Shown in pieces: positions 24,716 through 37,219 of a stretch of 64,000 nucleotides of DNA. Under the pieces are notes generated by a model. That model searched no databases and had not been told where the DNA came from. It saw only the letters and a list, made by a program, of their open reading frames with translations. A program made the position numbers and the translations under genes. The DNA comes from Okamejei kenojei (lineage: Eukaryota). The stretch spans positions 58,962,001 through 59,026,000 of the forward strand of contig CM069135.1 of the NCBI GenBank assembly GCA_035221665.1. Reading direction: 5' to 3'. Each line of letters starts with the position of its first letter. The stretch's first letter is position 1.

Positions 24716-25692
24716 AGCGGGCGGAGACCCAGTGGCCCAGACACAGGTGGCGGGCCGAGAGAGTGACGGATAGAGTGGGGGGGGGGGGGGGGGGGGCGCT
24801 CAGAGTTCAACAGTAGGTGTCCCAGGTGCTTGCCAAGCTTTTAGGTGACATGGCTTTTAGGTTGCCCGGCGGGACTTTAGGTGGCCATTGGCAACCGTTA
24901 ATTTCGAGTCCTGGTGACAATAAACTGAACTGAGGAAGCATGGATTCCTGACAACTGTGGATGACCAAGCTAAAATGAGAAAAATATAGGCCTGAACATT
25001 TAATGTTTCTCAGCCATTGTTCTGTTCCAAGAATTTCTTAAAGTGGTAATGTCACTGTGAAGGTTGCCCATGAACTCCACTTGTGTTAATTCTGAATTTC
25101 CTACTTGCATCTATCAACACCATTCAACAAATCCAAAAAAATCCTTTTTTTTTAAAGCACTGATATTATTTAACTTAGACCTAAATTTGAATGTAAAGGG
25201 CGAACACTCATTAAAATCAATTTGGTGAATAACAAAGTATGCGAAAGCTGCAAAGTAGTAATCTTTCAGATTCTGAAATGTTTTTATCATGTGCACCAGG
25301 GTGCAATGAAATACCTTGTTCACATGAAGCTCGCAGAGAAGTGTACATACAATAATGGTAAATACAGCAATCACCATTTTGATTCATGCACAAACCATTA
25401 TTGTTGCTGTCAGGACCTTCTAAGTATTTGTCCTGCATGTTTTTGTGAGAATGTAATGCAATATAATGCAGAATTTCTTTATCCACAAATATTTTGGGTA
25501 TACTGGGTATAGTTTTTTGAAGAACAATGCAGTATGTTCATATTTTTCCTTTGCTAATCATTTCTCAGATTAGCATTTCTTGTTACTTATGTCCTTTCTT
25601 ATTTTTAATACTACCAATTGTAGGTGAATTCATAATCTATTGTGCATGATATGTAGATTACTAAAACATATATTTTACTTGTTTATTGTAAG

Positions 25693-25760
25693 GAAGTAAA
25701 AAGAAGACTCGGAGTGAAGAGAAAGTGACAGCAAAAAATATTAATAATTTGGAATTTCAG
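25693..25760 (+). CDS. ZNF512: ZNF512 coding exon 2 (GSKKKTRSEEKVTAKNINNLEFQ)
   Basis: taag|..CAG|gtaaga; phase 1 in, phase 0 out. Confidence 0.65.
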
Positions 25761-26084
25761 GTAAGAATCAATTTTATCTTCATTATCAGTAACATAAGTC
25801 AATATTCCTTGCCCACGCCACCCAGATTGCAGCAACAGAGTGGGGCAATTATTCAGTGTTTCCTCTGACTTAAGATCTTACTTCTGTAATGGAGAAATCT
25901 CTAATAATAATACTCTAGAAATGATTGTCATAAATGTAGTAAGTTTTATAAGCCTGGCTTTTAAAATTTGTTTCCATTTTATTTGTAACATTTTGCATAG
26001 TTTATATTTTCACCTTGTGCATGCCAAACTCGTTTCCTGAGCTAATTATAAGCCTGAAGTCAGCTTGAATATGATTATCACTAG

Positions 26085-26620
26085 GTTAATGCCGAATTGC
26101 CATATTTATTGATGCTGCAGGTACAGTGATGAATGCAAAACAACAGGATGGTGCAAATATTGTAATGCAATCTGAAATTGTGCAAAGAATGGAATTACCA
26201 AATGTGTGGAATTGAGAGTAGAAATACATTGCGGCAACTCCAGTAATGGGTTGTGAAAGAGGTAATTGGTTCAGGGGTCCAATAGCAGTGGGGTAGAAGC
26301 TGTTCTTAAGTCTACATATCCAGGCTTTCAATATCTTGTGTCTTCTCTCAGAAATTAGAGGACAGAAAAGGGAATGTCCAGGATGGTAGGAAAACCTGAT
26401 AATACCTCCAGCTTTCCTGATGCAATGCACCATGGAGTTGGACTGGATGTAAGGGAGTGTTAACTGGATTGTGTTCACCACTCTGCAGGTTTAGGCAGAC
26501 AAGAGCAGAGCAGTTGCCATACCAGACTGAGATGCATCCTGTCAAATACTTTCTATGGCGTGTGTATAGAAGTTCAATAGTATCCTTGTGGACATGTTGA
26601 ATATTCTCAATCTTCACCAG
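26085..26620 (-). mobile_element. Old Rex1/Babar-like LINE 3' fragment
   Basis: LTGCISVWYGNCS and HPGHSLFCPL..RLKNSFYPTAIGPLN. Confidence 0.7.
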
Positions 26621-26737
26621 TTCTCCTTTCCTCTACTGATGCCCTTTTTAAATATGCAATTGCTGCAGTATTTGTAGCTTTGCAACACCAACAAACCACG
26701 CAAATGTTTTTTTATTATAAAGAGTCAAGAAGCCTCT

Positions 26738-27066
26738 TAAAGAGATGTTCAAAATCATGAGAGGAATTGATTGGGTAAATGCAGAGTCTTTTGCGCAGAG
26801 TAGGGGAATCGAGAACCATGGGGCATAGGTTTAAGGTAAGGGGGGAAAGACATATTTAGAACCTGAGGGGAACTTTTTTTTACACAAAGGGTGGTGGTGT
26901 ATGGAAAGTGCTGTCGACGTTTAAGAAACATTTGAACAGGTACATGGATAGGACATGTATAGAGGTATATGGGCCAAAAGCAGGCAGGTGGGATTAATAT
27001 AGATAGGGCATATTGGTTGACGTGGGCACGTTTTGCTTGAAGGGCCTATTTCCACGCTGTATGACT
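26738..27066 (+). mobile_element. Old CR1 3' fragment
   Basis: Similar to 4340-4710. Confidence 0.75.
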
Positions 27067-27628
27067 AAGTTAAATTGTGAAAACATTAATTTGTGCAATG
27101 AGGTATAAAGGAACAGGATTGTGTGAAGAAGTAATTTGTTTTAAGACATGTTTTCCAGTTGCTGAATTAAAAAAATGATTTATTAATAATTCATAGAAGA
27201 TCACTTTTAACTTCCCCAATTGGGAGATGTGCTGTTGAATTAGTTTCCTGCCCGATATAAAATTTGACCCATTTTCATTAAAAAAAATTAGGCAAGAGAC
27301 TCTTCATCAGTACGTAGGGAAATCTGCTATTTTTCAATATTTCAGTTTCCAGTAATAATGTCAGGATACGGAACTTGGAACTTCTTTAAGCACAGTATAT
27401 GTTATGGGTAGTGAAAAGTTAATTTTACTTCGGAGTCACGTGAATGACTACGTGAAGAACCCGCCAGCATGCATGCGCGTCAAATCGTCGAACGCATGGC
27501 GCAGCAATTGGCCGGCTGGCGTGGCTCCAGCGGTAAGTTTAAAAATGACCCACAGGTAAGTTCTTACCTATTCTGAGGTAGTTTTTTGTTCTAGTAAATT
27601 GCTTTACAGAACTGTGCGTTCCAGTATA

Positions 27629-29170
27629 ATGGATAAGTCGAGGGCCAAGCCCAAACGGACCGCGACAAAACAGGCTGCGGACCGCGGAAGTACAAGCAGA
27701 GGCCGTATTCATCTCCCGGGTCGCTGGTAGCTGAGCCGGTGACCTCCGACTTGGCCCCTCCAGAATCCGCAGTGGTTCCCCAGAAAGGGGGTAAAGCTAA
27801 GCGTAAGTCGGATAGGCCCGTGGAAGATTAGTCAGGCTAGGAAGATTCACCTGCGATGGATAGCGCCCTAGGGTGTATGTCTCGCATGGAGCGTTTGATG
27901 GAGTAATTGCTCCAACGAGACATGCTCCAGCAGACGGAGCTTTGTCAGCGTGTCTCCTCGGACACCCACAACAGCATCTGGTACAGGGCTGCATAGTATC
28001 TCCTCCTCGGAGGGGAGCATACGGAGTCAGTACTGGGCTGACTCTGAAGTCGGGGATTTGGCTGAAGGTACGTCTAGTGTGCTGGTGGTGCATGAAGCTC
28101 AGAAATCATTGCCTTTGATCTCCAAATGCGCGATACGCTCGCTAACTGGGGAACCATTACAAGAACAGCTGGCGGCTAGTATTGATTACTTCATATCCCA
28201 CCAGCTGCAGGAGCAAGTTATAACGGATACAGCTGCCAAGTACTTGGCACCTGCAAACTGTACTTCCCTAACTGTTCCTGCGGTGAACAATTCAATTTGG
28301 GGCCACTTTGGTGGGGGCATCAGAGCCCAAGACGTAAAATTCCAAAACGTAGAAACGTAGAAAATAGGTGCAGGAGTAGGCCATTCGGCCCTTCGAGCCT
28401 GCACTCAATATGATCATGGCTGATCCAACTCGGTATCCTGTACCTGCCTTCTCTCCATACCCCCTGATTCCTTTGGCCACAAGGGCCACATTTAACTCCC
28501 TCTTAAATATCGCCAACGAACTGGCCTCAACTACCTTCTGTGGCAGAGAATTCCACAGATTCACTACTCTCTGTGTGAAAAATGATTTTCTCATCTCGGT
28601 CCTAAAAGACTTCCCCCTTATCCTTAAACTGTGAACCCTTGTCCTGGACTTCCCCAACATCGGGAACAATCTTCCTGCATCTAGCCTGTCCAACCCCTTA
28701 AGAATGTTGTAAGTCTCAATGACATCCCCCCTCAATCTTCTAAATTCCAGCGAGTACAAACCGAGTCTATCCAGTCTTTCTTCATATGGAAATCCTGCCA
28801 TCCTAGGAATCAGTCTGGCGAACCTTCTCTGTACTCCCTCTATGGCAAGAATGTCTTTCCTCAGATTAGGAGACCAAAACTGGACGCAATACTCCAGGTA
28901 TGGCCTCACCAAGACCCTGTACAACTGCAGTAGAACCTCACCGGTCTTGTACTCAAATCCTTTTGCTATGAATGCCAACATATCATTCGTTTTCTTCACA
29001 AAAGGTCCTCAAATTGCTGGCGTCGGGCATTACGGCGTTTGCCAGGTCTATAGATGGAACATCGCTATCGGATGAGCAGGAGGATGCCCTGGCACTGGTA
29101 TGCAGTGCTCGGAGATCAATTGCTTCAGGAAAAGTGCCATCCGACCTGCCCTGAACCCTAAATTTGCGGG
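27629..29170 (+). pseudogene. DIRS gag (ORF1), frameshifted and split by CR1
   Basis: MDKSRAKPK..PANCTSLTVPAVNNSIW..DVKFQ|KVLKLL..RKSAIRPALNPKFAGLCK. Confidence 0.75.
28348..28998 (-). mobile_element. CR1 3' fragment in DIRS gag
   Basis: Open ORF2 C-terminus (LYRVLVRPYLEYCVQFWSP); TSD CAAAA at 28343-28347 and 28999-29003; removal restores FQKVL. Confidence 0.93.
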
Positions 29171-30641
29171 GTTATGCAAAACCAGCTTGAAGGCCGTGTT
29201 TTCTGGACAAAGGTCTTTTTTAGGCCAAGGCCCAGAATGGCCTTCTTGGAAAATGCGCCAATCCCACATCCCAGCACCCCTAACCCCAGGACTCGGGGAC
29301 GGAAGAAGTAAATACAAACCCATCGGTAACCATGGAGGTAGGTGGGCCTGGCTTCTTCCGGGACTTTAGAGGTAAAAACGATTCACTGGTTGGTGGTAGG
29401 TTACACTTGTTTTGGAGTGCATGGAGTTCCATAACGTCTGACCCTTTTATACGGCACAGTATTCAAGGTTATAAAATTGAGTTACTTCACAATTCATTTC
29501 CACCCACACAGCATGCACCTAAACGGACGTTTGTGCTCTCACAACAAGAAGGTTTAGATGTGCATACAGAAATTTTGAGGTTACATTCGAAAGGGATATT
29601 TGAGAAATCCCAGCATGCCTCTCATGAATTTGTATCTAATATATTTACAAGGAAAAAGAAAGATGGCGGTTGCCGCATCATCATTGATTTAACACAGCTT
29701 AATACTTTTGTGCATTACAAACATTTTAAAATTGAAACATTTGTTACTGCCAAACACTTGATTTCCAAAGGATACTTTATGGCTTGCATCAATCTTAAGG
29801 ATGCATACTATTCCGTACCCATATACAAGGATCACAGAAGGTATTTGAAATTTAACTGGATGGGGCAACTGTGGCAGTTTAAGGCTTTGCCTAATGGGTT
29901 AACATCAGCCCCCAGATTGTTTACTAAAATCGTAAAACCAGCACTTGCGCTTCTCAGAGCGCAGAAATATATTGCCATGGCATATCTGGATGATATCTTA
30001 ATTATTGGGAAAACTCTGGAATCAGCTAAATTAGCGGTTGCAGCCACCAAACTTATTTGAGAAATTGGGGTTTCTCATCCATCCAGATAAATCCAAATTA
30101 ATACCTTCCACGGTTATGGATTATTTAGGATATTCTGTTAACTCTGCTCACATGTCTGTGACTGCCTGGGGGCAAGGCCACAAAATTAGTAGAGGCCTGT
30201 CACAGCCTTATTGTCGTTAAGCAACCCTCGATTCGACAAGTAGCTAGGGTGATTGGCGAGCTAGTGGCGGCATTTCCAGCCACACAGTTTAGACCTTTTT
30301 TCAATTATCAAAATTTACAGAGGGCGGACTTCCGGTGGCCCCATGTTATCTTAACAGACGCTGACATAGCTCCACTCCCTAAAATTCACGATTTTTCGCG
30401 TTAAAAGTGGATGTACAGGTCGGGACCAATTTTAAAAAACTTATCGGAGTCTCTGCTTGATTTGCTGATAACATCATCAGTAACAGCTGTGAATTTAACA
30501 GAGGCTTAAAGCACTTTAAATGAAAAATTCTATCCTGGGTAAGAGCACTCAGAAGACAGTTACAAAACTCTCCTGGGGAAGCCAGACGAAGCATGCAGAT
30601 TTATTTTTTAAGTTGCTTCCGAAGAAAAGGTGCTTTTCGAT

Positions 30642-31598
30642 ATGGCTACAAGACTCAAAGCAGACTTGGCCAAGGACAAAGAATTTGAAGAATTAAAGCT
30701 TTCGGTAAGTGAACTGAAAGATGTAAAGGTGGATGGAAAAAAGATGGAACACATGTTGGGAGTTATGATGGAAAAGATAGAAAAGCTGACGCTAAATATG
30801 ACTTCTTGTAATCAGAATGTTATTGAGTCTGTGAAGGATTCAATTGCTACTATCAATAAATGAATTGATGATGTGAGAGATGAACTATCGGAGAGAATTG
30901 ATACGGGTGAAGAAGACACCACGAAGAAGTTCGGTGCTGTGCTAGACACTGTATCAACCTGTATGTTAACAATGCACGAGATGGAGGATGAGATGGCAAG
31001 AATGGTGGAGGAGATGAAGAAGGTGAGGTCAGAACAAGACCTTGCTACACGCCGGATGGCGACTCAGCTGGCTAAAGTTTCATACAAATGTCTGGACCTC
31101 GAGGCTCGTTCGAGATGTCATAACCTAAGATTAGTTGGTGTACCAGACGGAGCCGAGAGAGATAACACTTGCGAGTTCGTTGCGGGATTAATTAAAGAGG
31201 CTCTTAAGCTCCCTAACCTACCAAAAATTGAAGCAGCACACCGGGTTCCTAGATTCAAACACAAATCTCAGGATGGCTCAGAATGTACACAACAGATTAT
31301 TGTGAAATTCCGGGACTTTGCTGACGTGGAAGAGGTTATGAGGAATATCAAATATGGCGTGCCTCTGATATATGGTGTAACTACTTTTAAAATTTTCAGA
31401 GACTACCCTTATGAAATCATGCAAAAACGAAATCAATTATCTAAGGCAAAGCAGGCTCTCCAAGGATATAAGGAGGTCAGATATGGTGTTTACTACCCAG
31501 CTAGAATGCGCATTTCCTACAAAGAACAGCAAAAATCGTTCACAAATCCCGAGGAGGCATACAAATATGCTCTAACCATCGTGGAACAGAAGGACTAG
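30642..31598 (+). pseudogene. L1 ORF1 (coiled coil, RRM, CTD) with one in-frame stop at 30861
   Basis: DLEARSRCHNLRLVGVPDGAE, IEAAHRV, IIVKF, YPARMRI, SFTNPEEA. Confidence 0.88.
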
Positions 31599-31705
31599 CT
31601 GTAACATAGTTGCTGGAACCCTGGCAACATTCTAGTAAATCTCTGTACTCTCTCTATTTTGTTGACACCTTCCTATAACTAGGCGACCAAAATTGTACAC
31701 CATAC
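31599..31705 (-). mobile_element. 107-bp inverted internal CR1 fragment at the L1 deletion junction
   Basis: Reverse complement matches CR1 at 33124-33237 and 21841-21951. Confidence 0.85.
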
Positions 31706-32597
31706 GGTGATAATGAATGTTATTTGCCCTCATAATTGAACCCCTAGCGGAAAGAATCAGAACGCATCCGAATATACATGGATATAAAACTAAATATTCT
31801 AATAATAAAATATCACTATACGCTGACGACGTACTATTGTACATCACAAAACCTCATATTACTATACCAAATATTTTAAAATTAATAGAGGACTTCGGAT
31901 CATTCTCAGGATATAGAATAAATTGGAATAAAAGTGAAATCATGTCAATAAAACCGAAAGACTACGCATCTTTCACCGTTTAGTGTGCAACATCTTTTAT
32001 GATAGCACTGGGTATTACACACACCTTTACATTTTCTACGTTTCCTTTCAAAATAGCTACGGAAAAATTTAAATACTTGGGCATCGAAATTACTAGAAGA
32101 TATCAAGATATGTTTGACGAAAATTATAACCCTCTACTTAAGAAACTATGCAACTTGATTAAATTTTGGAAAATGCTTCCGATGTCCTTAATAGGCCGAA
32201 TTAATGCCATAAAAATGATTTTTCTACCACAAATCTTATACCTGTTCCAATCTATCCCAATATATTTACCCAAAAAGGTAAAAAAAAACTGGACTCAGAT
32301 ATCACAAATTTTATTCGGGATTATAAATCCCACAGAATACAAAGAGCTAGTAGGGGGATTAGCACTCCCCAACTTTATGTATTACTACTGGTCTGTAAAT
32401 ATCAGAAACATGATCCAATTGCTGGATAACTCTCCCCAACAACCGGGTTGGACGATTATGGAGAGAGAGGATTGCTCTCCTTATAATATTGGAGCAATCC
32501 TTCTCTCTCCAATATCGATGAATAATATAAATTACAACAATAATCATATTATGTACAGTACAATCAGAATTTGGAAACAAATAAAACACAATCTAAA

Positions 32598-33671
32598 GGA
32601 GATGTCAGAGAGTAATGGTGGATGGCTGTTTGTCAGGTTGGAAGCCGGTGACCAGTGGGGTGCCTCAGGGATCTGTGTTGGGTCCACTGTTGTTCGTCAT
32701 GTACATCAATGATCTGGATGATGGGGTGGAAAATTGGATAAGTAAGTATGCAGATGATACCAAGATAGGTGGTGTTGTGGATAATGAAGTAAATTTTCAA
32801 AGTCTACAGAGAGATTTGGGCCATTTGGAAAAGTGGGCTGAAAGATGGTAGATGGAGTTTAATGCTGTTAAGTGTGAAGTGCTACATCTTGGCAGGACAA
32901 ATCAAAATAGGACGTACATGGTAAATGGTAGGGAATTGAGGAATGCTGTGGAACAGAGGGATCTAGGAATAACTGTGCATAGTTCCCTGAAGGTGGAATC
33001 GCATGTAGATAGGGTGGTAAAGAAAGCCTTTGGTGTGCTGGCCTTTATAAATCAGAGCATTGAATATAGGAGTTAGGGAAGTAATGTTAAAATTGTACAA
33101 GGCATTGGTAAGACCAATTCTGGAGTATGGTGTACAATTTTGGGTCGCCTAGTTATAGGAAGGATGTCAACAAAATAGAGAGAGTACAGAGGAGATTTAC
33201 TAGAATGTTGCCAGGATTCCAGCAACTATGTTACAGAGAAAGGTTGAACAAGTTAGGTCTTTATTCTTTGGAGCGCAGAAGGTTAAGGGGGGACTTGATT
33301 GAGGTCTTTAAAATGATGAAAGGGATAGACAGAGTTAACGTGGATACGTTTTTCCCATTGAGGGTAGGGAAAATTCAAACAAGAGGGCATGACATGAGAA
33401 TTAAGGGACAGAAGTTTCGGGATAACATGAGGGGGGACTTCTTTACTCAAAGGGTGGTGGCTGTGTGGAATGAGCTTCCAGCAGAAGTGGTGGAGGCAGG
33501 ATCGATTTTAACATTTAAGAGTAAAGTGGATAGGTGTATGGACGTGAAGGGAATGGAGGGGTATGGTCTGAGTGCAGGTAGATGGGACTAGGGGAAAACA
33601 AATGGTCGGCACGGACTGGAAGGGCCGAGAGGGCCTGTTCCCGTGCTGTAATTGTTATATGGTTATATGGT
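32598..33671 (+). mobile_element. Young CR1 inserted in L1 ORF2
   Basis: [20 protein letters not shown]; TATGGTTA tail; short TAAA duplication; L1 frame KHNL|KLRNVSLLSPI rejoins. Confidence 0.92.
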
Positions 33672-33943
33672 TAAAATTAAGAAATGTATCTCTTTTATCT
33701 CCTATCGGTAAAACCCCCTCATTTAAACCTTCAACTATAGATAAAGCATTCATACAATGGGAAAGAGCTGGAATTAAAATCTTCGGAGATGTGTATGAAT
33801 CGGGAAAACTATTATCATTTAAACAAATACAACTAAAATACAATTTGGGAAACAATCAGTATTTTAAATATTTCCAAATCTGTGACTATCTGAAAAAATA
33901 CGCACAAAATTATCACAATATGCCTCCAGACTTACTGGAAGAA

Positions 33944-34102
33944 NNNNNNNNNNNNNNNNNNNNNNNNNNNNNNNNNNNNNNNNNNNNNNNNNNNNNNNNN
34001 NNNNNNNNNNNNNNNNNNNNNNNNNNNNNNNNNNNNNNNNNNNNNNNNNNNNNNNNNNNNNNNNNNNNNNNNNNNNNNNNNNNNNNNNNNNNNNNNNNNN
34101 NN
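33944..34102. other. Assembly gap (159 N)
   Basis: Run of N. Confidence 1.
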
Positions 34103-35998
34103 AACAACAGATGGTATCAGGAGAGACTGGGAAAAAAAGAATTAAGTATAAAAATTCCCAAAGAAAGATGGGAAGAATATTTATTAAACGTGCATAAATG
34201 TTCAATTAATGTAAGACACATCTTAACACAATTTAAAATTTTACACAGATTATACTATTCAAAAACTAAAATAAGTAAACTTTTTCCCAACGTCTCACCT
34301 ATATGTGATAAATGTCAATGTCAAGAAGCTAATATGGCACACTCACTTGTCTTTTGTACAATGAAATTTTCACAAAAATATTTAAAATAAAACTGACCCC
34401 GGAAGCAGACAGGATAATCTTTGGGATATCGGAAGATTGCCCTGAACTAAATGTGTTTCAAAAGACTATTTGAATATGGCTTAATAACTGGAAAAAAGCT
34501 AATCTTAAAATTCTGGAAAAATTATCCGGTACCCACAGTCAATATGTGAATTTCAACTATGTTCGAAACACTACACTTGGAAGATTTTAGACTCCGACTA
34601 GCAGGAAAATCAGACTGTTTCTATAAGACGTGGTCTGCATTTATAAATCTATTGCAAGGATAAGGTGCAAGAATACCTCAAAAAAGTACCGGTGTCGGGT
34701 CTTGATAAAGAGGGCAGAAAAACTGTCAATTTGGTATATTCTTTTTGCGAGATGTTTATAATAAAGTAACTGGCTTTTCATTTTTCTTTCTCTATTTTTC
34801 CCTTTTTCTTTTTTTTTCTCCAGGGTCTATCTCTTAATTCCCGTTTCTAACTCTTCAAGGGTTTCCTTTCCCTCTGTCACGCTTTTGCACTTTCACATCT
34901 TTTTTTTCACTTTTCTACTTTCTATGCTGCTATTTTTCTCTCTTTTCTAAAGCCTTTAAAAAAATTAAGGGGTACAATGACTGTAATACATTACAAGGGA
35001 TGTACACTGATGTAACTAATAAATAAAGATATAAAAAAAAATTAAAAAATTACAGAGGGCAAAGGTACAAGCACTCAAAATTCATGCTGGTCACTTTGAC
35101 AGACCTATGTGGTTACCAGCCAATGCTATTACTGAATTGCAATGGTGGATATTAAACATTCGGCATTGTTCTAATATCATTGTAGTCAGTAGTCCTTCAG
35201 TTGCTTTACAGACTGATGCTAGCGCTCTAGGTTGGGGTGCTACTGATACCTTCTCTAGTTGTGGTGGCAGATGGGACATGCATGAGTCTTCTTTGCTTCA
35301 ATCACATGGTATTAATTGTTTAGAATTGTTGGGTGTGTTCTATGGCCTAAGAGCCTACTGCACAGACATGCATCATCTGCATGTCTGACTTCAGGTTGAC
35401 AACACCACTGCGGTGGCTTATATCACTCACATGGGTGGAATTAAATCGATACCCTGTGATTATTTGGCTAACCTTATTTGGCACTGGTGCATCAAGAGAA
35501 ATAGTTGGGTATCAGCTACTTACCTTCCAGGTAAGCTTAATACAGTGGCGGACATCAGGTTACGACTATTTAATGACAACACCAAATGGATGTTGGACCA
35601 CAAAGTGTTTGCCGACATTGTAGCTCGGTATGGAACACCGGATATCGACCTGTTCGATTCCAGGCTCAATCACCAATTGCCAACATATGTTGCTTGGGAG
35701 CCAGACCCTGAGGCAGTGGCGATGGATGCTTTCTCGCTGCATTGGGGAGGACTGTTTTTCTATGCATTTCCTCCCTTCTGCCTCATCAGTCAGGTCTTGC
35801 AAAAAAATCCAACACGGCTCCAAGTCGGGTATTTTGGTAGTACCCGACTGGCCTACTCAGCCATGGTTCCCTGTGGTTCTGGGTATGGTATCAGAACCTT
35901 GTATGGCCATTCCCAAAAATCATAGTTTATTGGTTCATCCTGTTAGTGAGAGTCACCCGTGCCATGACCGGTTACATTTGTTAATTTGCAGAGTCTGA

Positions 35999-37219
35999 GG
36001 AGACCTTTCTTGGGGCTCGGACTGGCGGATCGAACATTGGATATGATCACAGAGATAACATGGAGAGATTCTACCAAAAAACAATATCCCCTATATTAAA
36101 AAATGGGAGATGTTTTGTGCACGAACTGATATCACGTATAACTCGGCATGTGTGACTGATGTATTAGAATTCTTGTCCAGTCGTTACTTTGATGAACATC
36201 TGTCCTACAGTGCCATTAACTGTGCCAGAAGTGCACTGTTGTCCTACTTATGGCGAGGGTCGAGACACCACGCTATCGGGTCTCACCCTCTAGTGTCGAG
36301 ACTTTTGAAGGGCATTTTTAATACCAATCCCCCCAGGCCTAGGTACTCCCACATTTGGGATGTTAGCACTGTCCTGACACTGCTTAGGGAATGGGCTCCA
36401 GCTACGTCCCTGTCTCTGACCAAGCTAACTTATAAAGTGAAACGAGAGATATACACGGTGATGTGGAGAGATCCCTTCACCTCCCCCCTCCACTCCTTTC
36501 AGGGACCCAAGCAGTCCTTCTAGGTCCGACAGAGGTTCACCTGCACCTCCTCCAACCTCATCTACTGCATCCGCTGCTTTAGATGCCAGCTGATCTATAT
36601 CGTTGAGACCAAGCGGAGGCTTGGCGATCGTTTCGCCGAACACCTCCGCTCGGTCTGCAATAACCAACCCGACCTCCCGGTGGCTCAGCACTTCAACTCC
36701 CCCTCCCATTCCGTATCTGACCTCTCGCTTGTGCCTCCTCCATGGCCAGAGTGAGCAGCACCGCAAGTTGGAACTGCCAATAAAATAACATTCTACATAT
36801 TCGAATTAATTAAACAGGATAGACCAGGGGCATCTGGTCATAAATTGGAATTCGTAGCTTATCCCATGGACCATCATTTATGCATAGTCACCCATTTATT
36901 TCAATATGTCAGGGTCACAAAAAACCTTAGGGACTCTGAAATGGCTTTATTTGTCAGTCATAAAAAACCCTCACAAAAGGGTGTCTATGCAGACCATCTA
37001 AGACACATTTTGGCTTTGGCATGTGTCGATACTGATGTTTTTAAATCTCATTCCACCAGGGCTGCATCGACTTCCGCAGCAAAACGGTTGGAAGTTCCTA
37101 TGGACCACATCCTTGCGACGGCAGGATGGTCTAGTGAAAGAACTTTTCAAACATTTTATAAAAAACCCATTGCCAGGACAGGGTTGTTTGCAGAGTCGAT
37201 TTTAAACTCTGTATTATAA
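35999..37219 (+). pseudogene. DIRS tyrosine recombinase, disrupted by a Penelope insert and a deletion
   Basis: LSYSAINCARSAL, HPLVSRLLKGIFN..PRYSHIWDV; FKSHSTRAASTS..AGWSSERTFQTFY (H-x-x-R, W, Y). Confidence 0.9.
36437..36772 (+). mobile_element. Penelope fragment with a short inverted 3'-repeat piece (36437-36472) inside DIRS YR
   Basis: 36473-36772 matches 1059-1360; 36437-36472 is the reverse complement of 1622-1655. Confidence 0.85.

Larger units (their letters stand above)
22646..24913. mobile_element. Non-autonomous hAT-like (hAT5-type) DNA element with 5-bp TSD and nested inserts
   Basis: TSD GTGAC at 22641-22645 and 24914-24918; imperfect TIRs CAGGGCTCTCACTTAAC / GTTAATTTCGAGTCCTG; subterminal ggcaacc/gttgcc repeats at both ends. 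Confidence 0.7.
31717..34663 (+). pseudogene. L1 ORF2 remnant (mid-RT to C-terminus); endonuclease and N-terminal RT missing
   Basis: LFALIIEPLA, ISLYADDVLLY, SGYRINWNKSE, FKYLGI, GGLALPNF, CDKC..HSLVFC. Confidence 0.88.
30326..35045 (+). mobile_element. L1 LINE with intact 5' end and poly(A), internally deleted, inserted in DIRS RT
   Basis: TSD aaatttacagagggc (30311-30325) / aaattacagagggc (35047-35060); 5' GGACTTCCGG; ORF1; ORF2 LYADD and CCHC; AATAAA at 35018 plus A-tail. Confidence 0.93.
29332..35998 (+). pseudogene. DIRS pol (RT 29332-30325; RNase H and methyltransferase-like 35061-35998), split by L1
   Basis: VGGRL, KKDGGCRIIIDL, LKDAYYSVPI, LPNGLTSAPRLFTK, YLDD (29983); LQTDASALGWG, DNTTAVAYI; PDIDLF..DAFSLHW..YAFPPF. 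Confidence 0.9.

Noticed and set aside
31999-34390. ORFs 31999-32712 and 33572-34390 as novel genes
   Set aside because: L1 ORF2 fragments running into CR1 sequence and the N gap.
35999-37219. Phage integrase or DNA methyltransferase motifs as prokaryotic contamination or gene transfer
   Set aside because: These are the standard YR and MT domains of DIRS1-like elements, bounded by ITR and ICR.
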